A stretch of DNA of 64,000 bases from Gemmatimonadota bacterium (GTDB taxonomy: Bacteria > Gemmatimonadota > Gemmatimonadetes > Gemmatimonadales > GWC2-71-9): the NCBI GenBank assembly GCA_041497135.1, contig JBGQFX010000005.1:27683-91682 (forward strand), given 5' to 3'. The notes below the pieces were generated by a model that searched no databases, was not told the DNA's origin, and worked only from the letters and a program-made list of their open reading frames with translations. How positions within the stretch are numbered: the stretch's first letter is position 1; every line of letters begins with the position of its first letter. The position numbers were made by a program, and so were the translations under genes. Shown piece by piece: positions 16,116 to 24,643 of the stretch.

Positions 16116-16745
16116 GTGCCCCCAGCTGTACGGCTCAAGGATCCCATTCCGGTCGGGCGGCTCGTCCAGCGCCGTCTGCGCGAGCTCAAGCGGACGCCGC
16201 GCGAGCTGGCAGAGGCCGTGCGGGTCTCGGAAAACTACATCGCGGATATCGTGTCGGGCCGGCGCCGGGCGCCGGCACCGGGCAGCGACGTCTACGTGAC
16301 GATGGGAAAATTCCTCGGCCTGCATCGGGACGATCTTCCCACCTGCGCGCGCGCCGAGCGCGCCGCCGAGCGTCCCGGCGGCCGGCCCCATCCCGATGTC
16401 CGGCGACGGGTGCTCGACCTGTGCGATCCGCAGCACGCCAAGACGCTGGAGCGCCGCTTGGCCCGCCCCGAGGGCGCCGAGCTCGAGTGGGTGATCGTGG
16501 GGCGTCTGCTCGAGGTGGCACGCGGGTTCGTCAGTCGCCAGCTCGACGATGAGGTGGGAATGCGGGTGGCCGCGGGGCGCGAAGGTCGCGCCTATCTGGA
16601 CGTGCGGATGCGGTTGCTGGAATTCCTCGATGTCGTGCCGGATTCCCTCACGGCCCAGGACTGCGAGGATTTCGTGAGCTCCCGGATCAATTCCTGGCAG
16701 ATCGACGTCGAAAGCCGGGCCATGAAGATCCAGCTGCGCTCCTGA
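16116..16745 (+). CDS. XRE-like HTH domain protein, hypothetical regulator
   Basis: GRLVQRRLRELKRTPRELAEAVRVSENYIADIVSGRR (HTH_3-like). GAGGAG lies 5-6 nt before GTG 16116; ATG 16077 is an alternative. The rest of the 654-aa track ORF is antisense to the radical SAM gene. Confidence 0.6.
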   Translation: MPPAVRLKDPIPVGRLVQRRLRELKRTPRELAEAVRVSENYIADIVSGRRRAPAPGSDVYVTMGKFLGLHRDDLPTCARAERAAERPGGRPHPDVRRRVLDLCDPQHAKTLERRLARPEGAELEWVIVGRLLEVARGFVSRQLDDEVGMRVAAGREGRAYLDVRMRLLEFLDVVPDSLTAQDCEDFVSSRINSWQIDVESRAMKIQLRS

Positions 16746-16762
16746 CGGTTTTCTGAACGCGA

Positions 16763-16792
16763 AACGGCGCCGCCTGTGCGGGCGGCGCCGTT
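16763..16792. terminator. bidirectional stem-loop terminator between convergent genes
   Basis: ACGGCGCCGCC-tgtgcg-GGCGGCGCCGT (11-12 bp GC stem), flanked by T-rich runs on both strands (tcgtgttgt / ttcgcgttc). Confidence 0.65.
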
Positions 16793-16814
16793 CGTGTTGT
16801 CAGGCTCCGGGTGG

Positions 16815-17024
16815 TTACAGCTTGACGACGTTCTGCGCCGCCGGGCCCTTCTGTCCTTGCACGACTTCGAACTCGACCCGCTGACCTTCGGCCAGCGTCT
16901 TGAACCCGTCCGCCTGGATCGCGGTGTGATGCACGAAGCAGTCCTTCTCCCCGTTCTCGGGCGTGATGAAGCCGAAGCCCTTCGCGTCGTTGAACCACTT
17001 TACGGTGCCGATGATGCGTGCCAT
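16815..17024 (-). CDS. cold-shock protein (CspA family)
   Basis: 69 aa, [69 protein letters not shown], with canonical RNP1/RNP2. Confidence 0.95.
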   Translation of the reverse strand: MARIIGTVKWFNDAKGFGFITPENGEKDCFVHHTAIQADGFKTLAEGQRVEFEVVQGQKGPAAQNVVKL

Positions 17025-17041
17025 CGTCGTGCCACTCCTCA

Positions 17042-17242
17042 CTAGTATTGATGTTCGCGACGGTGTGCGGTCTTCGCCTTGCGGCGCGCCGCGGCCTTCT
17101 CCTTGCGCCGTCGCTGAGCGCCAGGGGCCTCGTAGAATCGTTTCCGCTTCATGTCCTGAAACAAACCGGATTTCGCGATCTGGCGGCGGAATTTCTTCAA
17201 CACGAATTCCAGTCGATCGTTGTCCGTTAAGGTGACTTCCAC
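17042..17242 (-). CDS. rpsU: 30S ribosomal protein S21
   Basis: [55 protein letters not shown]... GTG start at 17242 with AGAGG 5 nt upstream. The longer track ORF N-terminus is unlikely to be coding. Confidence 0.85.
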   Translation of the reverse strand: MEVTLTDNDRLEFVLKKFRRQIAKSGLFQDMKRKRFYEAPGAQRRRKEKAAARRKAKTAHRREHQY

Positions 17243-17437
17243 CCAGCCTCTTTTCCCGTTCGGGTCTCCCAGAAACGCCAAAGGACCATGGGCACTGGCC
17301 CAGGTCCTTGAAACGTTCTCTGGTTCGTGTCTCCTCTGAACCATCGCCCCGCGGCGCGATTCTGTCAACTGGGCCGGTTGTGACCTCGCACCCTGACCCC
17401 CGGGTATCCAATACCGAATCCTCCTCCGAGCTGCCAC

Positions 17438-18934
17438 ATGGGCCACCGTGCGTCGTCGCTGCTTGCCATCCTCCTCGCCCTCGGTACCGGAGCCACGGCC
17501 CAGATCATACCGATTCGCACGGTTCCGCTGGCGCAGGGGGATCAGTACCTGATCTTTCCGTCCACCAACCTGGGCCGGGGAGGCGTGTCCATCGCCCTGG
17601 CCGATTCGCTGCTCGACCCGTTCCGGAACCCGGCGTTTGGCGCCAGGGTCGGAGCGTTTAGGCTGTTCAGCTCCCCCACGGTCTACAGCATCTCCCGGGA
17701 AACAGGGGGCGGACGCACCCTGCCGCTGGGGATCCTCGGCCGCGACGGAACCTGGTTCGGCGGGTTGTCCGGCGCGATCCAGCAGGTCGAAGCGAGCCGG
17801 CCGTTCACGCCGCCGGTCATCTTCGTGCGGGGAGGGCCGGTCCCGCTTCAGCAGGAGGTCGTCGCTTCAGGCGATCGGTCGCACGGCAACAGCTACGCCT
17901 TTGCGTCGCTGGGCAAGGTCCTGAACGGTAGCGGGCTGTCGCTCGGTGGCAGCGTGCTCTGGTCAGGGCTCCATGCGCTGGACGGGGTCGATTTGCTCTA
18001 TCCGGACGGGCAGGGGCTGACCCAGTCCGGACGCGGGCTCGATTTCCGGTTGGGTCTGCTCAAACAGTGGTCGGAGACCCGCTCGCTCGAAGCCCTGGTC
18101 CGCTACGATCGGTTCCGGATGACGCACGAGGTCACCTACCTCGATCTGTTCTGGGATCCGGCCACGCAGCAGTTCGTCCAAACCCCACGCGTCGAGCACC
18201 ACCTCGACCGCACCACCACGACCGGGCTGCACGTCGCCTACCAACGCCCGCTGACGGCGTCGGGCTGGCGCATCGGGTGGATCGGGACGGCCAACTACCT
18301 CTCCCAGCCGCGCATCGCCCGCAACGAGATCGTGACGATCCCGCGCGACCAGGGACATTCCTCCGCCTACAACGTGGGACTTGGGTTCTCCAAGACGCGG
18401 GGTCCGGCAACGTTCGGGCTGGACGCGATCTACGAGCCGATCTGGAGCACGACGTGGGCCGTGGCGGAGGCTCCGCTCCTGACCGCGCTGGGTGACACGA
18501 TCCCCGCGGGTGGCCGGACCACCGTCAACCGCTTCCACTTCTCGAACGCGGTGCTCCGACTCGGTGTCAGCCGGGACGTGGCGCTCGCCGGCCTGCAGAA
18601 GGCGGTGGGGTTGGAGCTGGGTCTCTCGGTTCGGGCGATGCACTACCGGCTGGTGCAGAGCGACCGGGTGGCCGCCACCGAGCAGCCCTTCCGGACCGGC
18701 TGGGTCGAATGGTCACCGACCTGGGGCTTGAGCCTGCGGTTTCCGGAGCTCGAATTGCGCTACCGCGGGCGCATCGTGAACGGAGCCGGCCGGCCCGGCG
18801 TGTTGGGGTTCTTCCCCGTACCGCTGACGGATGTCGGCCCGAACAACTTCGTGGCAGTGCCCGGCAGCACGCTCAACCTGGCCGGCGTCACGACCGTCAC
18901 GCATCAGATCTCGCTGTCGCTTCCCCTGCGCTGA
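17438..18934 (+). CDS. secreted hypothetical protein, outer-membrane beta-barrel-like
   Basis: Signal [22 protein letters not shown], followed by alternating hydrophobic/Gly-Tyr-rich strands throughout. No motif I can name. Confidence 0.55.
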   Translation: MGHRASSLLAILLALGTGATAQIIPIRTVPLAQGDQYLIFPSTNLGRGGVSIALADSLLDPFRNPAFGARVGAFRLFSSPTVYSISRETGGGRTLPLGILGRDGTWFGGLSGAIQQVEASRPFTPPVIFVRGGPVPLQQEVVASGDRSHGNSYAFASLGKVLNGSGLSLGGSVLWSGLHALDGVDLLYPDGQGLTQSGRGLDFRLGLLKQWSETRSLEALVRYDRFRMTHEVTYLDLFWDPATQQFVQTPRVEHHLDRTTTTGLHVAYQRPLTASGWRIGWIGTANYLSQPRIARNEIVTIPRDQGHSSAYNVGLGFSKTRGPATFGLDAIYEPIWSTTWAVAEAPLLTALGDTIPAGGRTTVNRFHFSNAVLRLGVSRDVALAGLQKAVGLELGLSVRAMHYRLVQSDRVAATEQPFRTGWVEWSPTWGLSLRFPELELRYRGRIVNGAGRPGVLGFFPVPLTDVGPNNFVAVPGSTLNLAGVTTVTHQISLSLPLR

Positions 18935-18949
18935 CCGAGGAGACCGGCC

Positions 18950-20275
18950 ATGATGAGACACGTGGTGAGAGCGATGTGCGTGGGCTGGCTCGTCGGTGCG
19001 GGCGCCTGCGTGGAGACCGATCGTTTGCTCCCGCAACCACCGTCGCTGGATGCCGAGCTGCGGCAGTCGCTGCCGCAGTGGGGGGTGGTCCCGATCAACG
19101 CGCAACCGGTCCAGGATCCGTCGCTGGTCGCGCTCGGTCAGGCGTTGTTCTTCGACAAGGTGCTGAGCGGTAACCGCGACATTGCCTGCGCGACGTGTCA
19201 CAACCCAGCCACGGCGATGGGCGACGGCCAGTCGCTGGCGGTCGGCACCGGCGGCACCGGCGTCGGCCCCGCGCGCACGCTGGGCCCGGGACGGCAATTC
19301 GTGCCCCGCAATGCACCGACGTTGCTCAATGTGGCGCTTGGCCTTCCATATGTGTTCTGGGATGGCCGGGTAACGGGCTTCGCGGGCCAGTTCCAGACGC
19401 CAGCCGGCGCGGCATTGCCTCCCGGATTGCCCAGCATCCTCGCGGCGCAGGCGATGTTCCCGGTCACCAACCGCACCGAGATGCGCGGGGAGCCCGGCGA
19501 TGCGGATGTGCTCGGGAAGCCCAATGAGCTGGCACAGTACGGCGACAGCCAGTGGACCGAGATCTGGCGCGCGGTGATGCTCCGGCTGCTCGCGATCCCC
19601 GCCTACACGGCCAGATTCAGCGCCGCGTTCCCGGGTACGCCCACGAATCAGCTCGGCTTCCAGCACGCAGCCGCAGCGATCGCCGCGTACGAGACGCAGG
19701 TGCTCACGAGAACCGATTCACCATTCGACCGGTATCTGAAGCGGGACGATGACGCCTTGACGGCGGAACAAAAGCGCGGTGCGTTGCTCTTTTTCGGGAA
19801 GGCGACCTGCTCGAGCTGCCACAACGGCCCGCAGCTCGGTGCCGGGAACTTCGTCGACGTCGGCGTACCGCAGCTCGGGCCGGGCGTGGGCCCCGAGCCG
19901 CCGCTCGATCTCGGGCGCGGCGCGCTCCCCGACAACGAGTTCTATCGCTTCGCGTTCCGCGTAGCCCCGCTGCGCAACGTCGAGCTGACGGCGCCCTACT
20001 TCCACGATGGGGCCTACCCGACGCTCGAGGCCGTAGTGCGGCACTACAACGACGTCCGGGTGGCGCTGTCGGGGTTCGACGCGGCTCAACTGGCGCCGGA
20101 CCTGCGCGCCACCTATCACGGTGACGCCGCCACGGTCGTCGCAGTGCTCGAGCGACTGGACTTCCGCCTGCAGCAGCCGCTGCGCCTCACCGAGACAGAG
20201 CGCGCCGAGCTGGTGGCGTTTCTCAAGGCGCTCACCGATCCGTCGGCACGGGACCTGAGCGCGCTGGTGCCCTAG
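18950..20275 (+). CDS. di-haem cytochrome c peroxidase (CCP/MauG family)
   Basis: Two CxxCH haem motifs (CATCHNP, CSSCHNG), conserved ...PLRNVELTAPYFHDG... GAGGAG SD. N-terminal signal/lipoprotein-like. Confidence 0.9.
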   Translation: MMRHVVRAMCVGWLVGAGACVETDRLLPQPPSLDAELRQSLPQWGVVPINAQPVQDPSLVALGQALFFDKVLSGNRDIACATCHNPATAMGDGQSLAVGTGGTGVGPARTLGPGRQFVPRNAPTLLNVALGLPYVFWDGRVTGFAGQFQTPAGAALPPGLPSILAAQAMFPVTNRTEMRGEPGDADVLGKPNELAQYGDSQWTEIWRAVMLRLLAIPAYTARFSAAFPGTPTNQLGFQHAAAAIAAYETQVLTRTDSPFDRYLKRDDDALTAEQKRGALLFFGKATCSSCHNGPQLGAGNFVDVGVPQLGPGVGPEPPLDLGRGALPDNEFYRFAFRVAPLRNVELTAPYFHDGAYPTLEAVVRHYNDVRVALSGFDAAQLAPDLRATYHGDAATVVAVLERLDFRLQQPLRLTETERAELVAFLKALTDPSARDLSALVP

Positions 20276-20784
20276 CGGCGCACGCCGTGTTGCACCGGCG
20301 CCTGCACGTGCGCCTCGACGAACCACAGCCACTTGTCGATGCCGCGCGAGATCTCGGTGCAGATGTCCGCGCTGCCGGCGTCGCCCAACTCGTCGGTTTC
20401 GTCGATCGCCTTGCGGATGCGCGACCCGAATTCCGCCAGGGCGCCCGCGAAGGCGCCGGCATGGTCCGCGCCATCCGCGATGGTGCGCGGGTAGTCGGTG
20501 AGCTCGGTGCGTCCGGCGACCATTCGGACCGTGCCTTCCGCGATGCCGCCGACCTGCACCACACGCTCGGCCAGGAGGTCCGCGTACTCGCTCACTGCGG
20601 CGCGCACTTCGTCGAACAGCTTGTGCAGCGCGATGAACTGCGGACCCTTCACATTCCAGTGTGCCTGCTTGGCTTGTGAGGCCAGATCCACGGCGTCTGC
20701 CAGACGCTCGTTCAAGAGATCGGCGACCTGCGCCCGGGTGGTCTCGGGGAGATCGTTGCTGGTTTCGTACACGATGCTGGACAC
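20272..20784 (-). CDS. dps: Dps (DNA starvation/stationary-phase protection) ferritin-like protein
   Basis: QAKQAHWNVKGPQFIALHKLFDE...AERVVQVGG...DE.DELGD..SADI. GGAGG SD before the GTG. Confidence 0.9.
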   Translation of the reverse strand: MSSIVYETSNDLPETTRAQVADLLNERLADAVDLASQAKQAHWNVKGPQFIALHKLFDEVRAAVSEYADLLAERVVQVGGIAEGTVRMVAGRTELTDYPRTIADGADHAGAFAGALAEFGSRIRKAIDETDELGDAGSADICTEISRGIDKWLWFVEAHVQAPVQHGVRR

Positions 20785-20949
20785 GTTGGCCTCCGGGGTG
20801 ATCGACGCTAGGTCTCTGCGTAGCCGAACGGTGCCTGTTTGTGTCTGAGGTTATTGCCAATCCTCGATGAGGAATTCGTGCTGTCGCTGGACCGGTTGCC
20901 CCGAGCTTGTCGCGTGGGCATTATTTGCGGGTCCACTCGAGAGCAAGGT

Positions 20950-22851
20950 ATGGCGCTGACTCGCTTAATCGAACCGCTGGTCCGTGACAAGGGCGTCCTT
21001 CGCCAGGCTACCTGGGAGGAAGCGTTGGACCGGGCCGCCGATGGCTTCCGCCGCGTGAAGACGCAGTATGACGGTGACGCCATCGGCACGTTCAGCTGCT
21101 CCAAGGCCAGCAATGAGATGAATTTTCTGGCCGCGAAGCTGAGCCGCGTCGTGTTCGGGACACACAACATCGACAGCTGCAACCGGACGTGACACGCTCC
21201 TAGCGTCGTCGGTCTGGCGACAGTGTTTGGCGCCGGTGGAGGCACCAGCTCCTACCGTGAAGTGGAAGAGACGGACGTCATCTTCCTGTGGGGAGCGAAC
21301 GCCCGGGAAAACCACCCTATTTTTTTCCATCACGTCCTGAAGGGCGTGCACCGGGGCGCACGGCTGTACGCCGTTGACCCGCGGCGCACCTCCTCGGCGC
21401 AATGGGCCGACGAGTGGCTCGGCATCCACGTGGGCACGGACATCGCGCTCGCCAATGCGATGGCGCGCGAGATCATCCACGCCGGGCTCGTGAACGAGGC
21501 ATTCATCAAGCATGCGACGATAGGGTTCGACGCATACCGCGACGGCGTCGAGCGTTACACGCTGGCGTATGCCGAACGGGAAACCGGGGTCCCGGCCGAC
21601 GTGATCCGCCGCGCCGCGCTCGCGTATGCGCGCGCCGACCGGGCGATCATCTGCTGGACGCTGGGCATCACCGAGCACCACAACGCGGTCGACAACGTGC
21701 TCGCGCTGATCAACCTGGCGCTCCTGACGGGCCATGTGGGACGCTACGGCTCGGGTGTCAACCCGCTGCGGGGACAGAACAACGTCCAGGGCGGTGGGGA
21801 CATGGGTGCCATCCCGAACCGCCTCGTGGGATTCCAGGACTGGACCACGGACCCCGAGGTGCGCGCCAAGTTCGAGCGCGCCTGGGGCGTGGCGCTCAAG
21901 CCCGAGTACGGCAAGAACCTCACGATGATGTTCGAGGCGATGGAACATGGCGAGCTCAAGGCGGTCTACGCCATCGGTGAGAACCCGGCGCTGTCCGAAG
22001 CGGACCAGCACCGTGCGCAAAGGCTGCTCGCCGGCCTCGAGCACCTCGTCGTACAGGACATCTTCCTCACCAAGACGGCCGAATTTGCCCACGTCGTGCT
22101 GCCGGCGTCGTCGAGCTGGTGTGAAGCCGAGGGCACAGTCACCAACAGCGAGCGACGCGTGCAGCGCATGCGGCCGGCACTCACCCCGCCCGGCAACGCG
22201 CGCGACGACATCGGCATCATCGTCGAGATCGCCCGGCGGCTCGGCCATGAGTGGGGTCAGCCCAGTGCGGAACAGATCTGGAACGAGGTACGAAGTCTGG
22301 CACCGATGTTCGCGGGCATGAGTTACGAGCGGCTGGAGCAGGAGGGCGGGCTGCAGTGGCCCTGCTACGACGAGAATCATCCGGGGGAGCTGTTTCTCCA
22401 CGGCCGCCTCTGGCAGGAGCCGCGTGAGGGCCCGCCGGCGCCCTTCTCCGTGGTGGAGCATGACCCGCCGCTAGAGCGGCCCGATGCGGAGTATCCCTTC
22501 ACGCTGACCACCGGGCGGCGGCTGGATTCGTACAACACCGGCGTGCAGACCGCCGGGTACAAGTCGCCGCTGCGGCGCGGGGAGACACTCGACATTTCGC
22601 CGGAGGACGCGGACCGCCTCGGTCTAGCGGACGGCGACCGCGTGCGCGTGACGTCCCGGCGTGGCAGTGTGGTCGCTCCGGCGCACCTGGACCGCGGGTT
22701 GCGGCCCGGCCTCGTCTTCATGACGTTGCACTTCCAGGACGACGTGACCACCAACGTGCTGACCGTCGATTACACCGACCCGAAATCGGGCACGGCCGAG
22801 TTCAAGGCTTGCGCCGTGCAGGTCACGCCGCTTGGATCTTCGACTTCCTGA
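20950..22851 (+). CDS. formate dehydrogenase catalytic (Mo/W-bisPGD) polypeptide, selenocysteine-containing. It lacks the N-terminal Fe-S domains, which are encoded separately at 24640..25605.
   Basis: Two same-frame track ORFs are joined by TGA 21190-21192: ...VVFGTHNIDSCNRT-U-HAPSVVGLATVFGAGGGT... (compare E. coli FdhF NNVDCCARVUHGPSVAGL). The N-terminus MALTRLIEPLVRDKGVLRQATWEEALD aligns just after the Fe4S4 motif of FdhF. Confidence 0.9.
21190..21221 (+). other. UGA (Sec) codon and fdhF-type SECIS stem-loop
   Basis: TGA CAC GCT CCT AGC then GTCGTC-GGTCT-GGCGAC (21205-21221): 6-bp stem including one G-U, with loop GGUCU. Position and loop resemble the E. coli fdhF SECIS (..GCAGGUCUGC..). 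Confidence 0.7.
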
Positions 22852-24643
22852 CGCGACGCCGGCCGTGGCCGAGCGCGCCGCGATCGACACGCTGCTAGGA
22901 GCCCCCAGCTCCGGTTGGGACGGCGGCCCCCGCCAGGCTCGCGACGCGCACACCGCCCAGGGCGGCCACGCCGCCCGCGGCCAGCGCCACCTGCTGTTGC
23001 CGGCGCTCGAGGCGGTGCAGGCACGCGTCGGCTGGATCAGCCCCGGCGCCTTCAACTATATCTGTGAGCGTCTGACCGTTCCCCCCGCCGAGGCGTATGG
23101 AGTGGCCACGTTCTACGCGCTGCTGCCTACCGTGCCGCGGCCGGCACGGGTGGTGCACGTATGCGACGACATCGCGTGCCGGGTGAAGGGTTCTGCCAGG
23201 CAGTTCGCGGACGGCTGGCTCCACAGTCCGTGTCTCGGTCTGTGCGATCAGGCGCCGGCCGCGCTGCTCATAGAAGCGGGCGAGAGTCCGGTCGAGCGGC
23301 TATTCGGGAACGCGACCGCGGCCTCGATCACGCAGGTGATGAAAGGCGACCTCGGCCCGACGACCGTGCCGCGCCTCCGTCTTCCGCAAGCGGGCGACCC
23401 CTCGCTACAGATCCTGCGCCGCGTCGATATCATCGATCCCTCGAGCCTGGACGACTACAAAGCCCATGGTGGATACGACGCGCTGCGACGGGCGATCGAG
23501 CTCGGCCCCGAAGGCGTGATCCGCGAGGTGACTGATTCCCGCCTGATGGGGCGGGGCGGCGCCGCGTTCCCGACCGGCAGGAAGTGGGACGCCGTCGCCC
23601 GCCAGCCGGTCCGGCCCCATTACCTGGTCTGCAACGCCGACGAGTCGGAGCCGGGGACGTTCAAGGATCGCGTCCTGATGGAATGTGATCCGTTCAGCGT
23701 CGTCGAAGCGATGACGATCGCGGCCTATGCGACCGGGTGCGAGCGCGGGTTCATCTACCTGCGGGGCGAGTATCCGCTGGCCCGCGAGCGGCTGCAGCAC
23801 GCCATCGACGCGGCGAAAAGCCGCGGCCTGCTGGGCGATGCCGTGATGGGGCAGTCCTTTGGGTTCGACATCGAGATCCGTCGCGGCGCCGGCGCCTACA
23901 TTTGTGGCGAGGAGACCGCGATTTTCAACTCGATCGAGGGATTGCGCGGCGAGCCCCGCAACAAGCCGCCGTTCCCGGTCCAGGCCGGGTTGTTCGGCAA
24001 GCCCACCGTCGTCAACAACGTCGAAACCCTGGTCAACGTGCTCGAGATCCTCCGCCTCGGCGGGCCCGCCTACGCGAAGATCGGGACCGAGGGCTCGACG
24101 GGCACGCGGCTCTTCTGCCTCTCGGGATGTGTGACGCGTCCCGGCGTGTACGAAGTGCCGTTCGGCATCACGTTGCGACGGCTGCTTGATCTCGCGGGTG
24201 GCGTGGCCGGAGGCCGGAAGCTCCAGGCGATCCTGTTGGGCGGCGCGGCCGGTGTGTTCGTGCGTCCCGACGAGCTCGACTTGCCGCTCAGCTTCGAGGG
24301 GGCGCGGGCGGCCGGCGCGACCCTGGGCTCCGGTGTGGTCATGGTTTTCGACGACACGGTCGACATGGCGGACATCGTGCTTCGCATCGCGGCGTTCTTC
24401 CGCGACGAGTCCTGCGGGCAGTGCGTGCCCTGCCGGGTGGGCACGGTGCGACAGGAGGAGGCGTTGCACCGGCTCACGCGCGGCAGGCCGCGGGGCGGGG
24501 TGAAGGGAGAGCTGGCGTTGCTCGAGGAGATCGGGGTCGCGATGAAGGACGCGTCGATCTGCGGACTGGGACAGACGGCCTACAGTGCGGTCGAGTCGGC
24601 CGTCAAACGGCTAAACCTGTTCGACGGAGCCAAAGGCCGATGA
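22832..24643 (+). CDS. NAD-reducing diaphorase subunit: NuoE-like (FdsG) fused to NuoF-like (FdsB)
   Basis: The N-terminus carries the 2Fe-2S pattern VCDDIAC...SPCLGLC. This is followed by GRGGAAFPTGRKW, YLVCNADESEPGTFKDR, GAGAYICGEETA and ESCGQCVPCR (FMN/NADH/4Fe-4S motifs). The TTG start overlaps the fdh catalytic gene end. Confidence 0.9.
   Translation: MDLRLPDATPAVAERAAIDTLLGAPSSGWDGGPRQARDAHTAQGGHAARGQRHLLLPALEAVQARVGWISPGAFNYICERLTVPPAEAYGVATFYALLPTVPRPARVVHVCDDIACRVKGSARQFADGWLHSPCLGLCDQAPAALLIEAGESPVERLFGNATAASITQVMKGDLGPTTVPRLRLPQAGDPSLQILRRVDIIDPSSLDDYKAHGGYDALRRAIELGPEGVIREVTDSRLMGRGGAAFPTGRKWDAVARQPVRPHYLVCNADESEPGTFKDRVLMECDPFSVVEAMTIAAYATGCERGFIYLRGEYPLARERLQHAIDAAKSRGLLGDAVMGQSFGFDIEIRRGAGAYICGEETAIFNSIEGLRGEPRNKPPFPVQAGLFGKPTVVNNVETLVNVLEILRLGGPAYAKIGTEGSTGTRLFCLSGCVTRPGVYEVPFGITLRRLLDLAGGVAGGRKLQAILLGGAAGVFVRPDELDLPLSFEGARAAGATLGSGVVMVFDDTVDMADIVLRIAAFFRDESCGQCVPCRVGTVRQEEALHRLTRGRPRGGVKGELALLEEIGVAMKDASICGLGQTAYSAVESAVKRLNLFDGAKGR

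Noticed and set aside
20785-20805. GCCTCCGG element upstream of the FDH genes as a possible Moco riboswitch fragment
   Set aside because: It is the reverse complement of the dps Shine-Dalgarno (CCGGAGGC, 6 nt before the dps GTG). No other conserved Moco-motif features are evident in 20785-20949.
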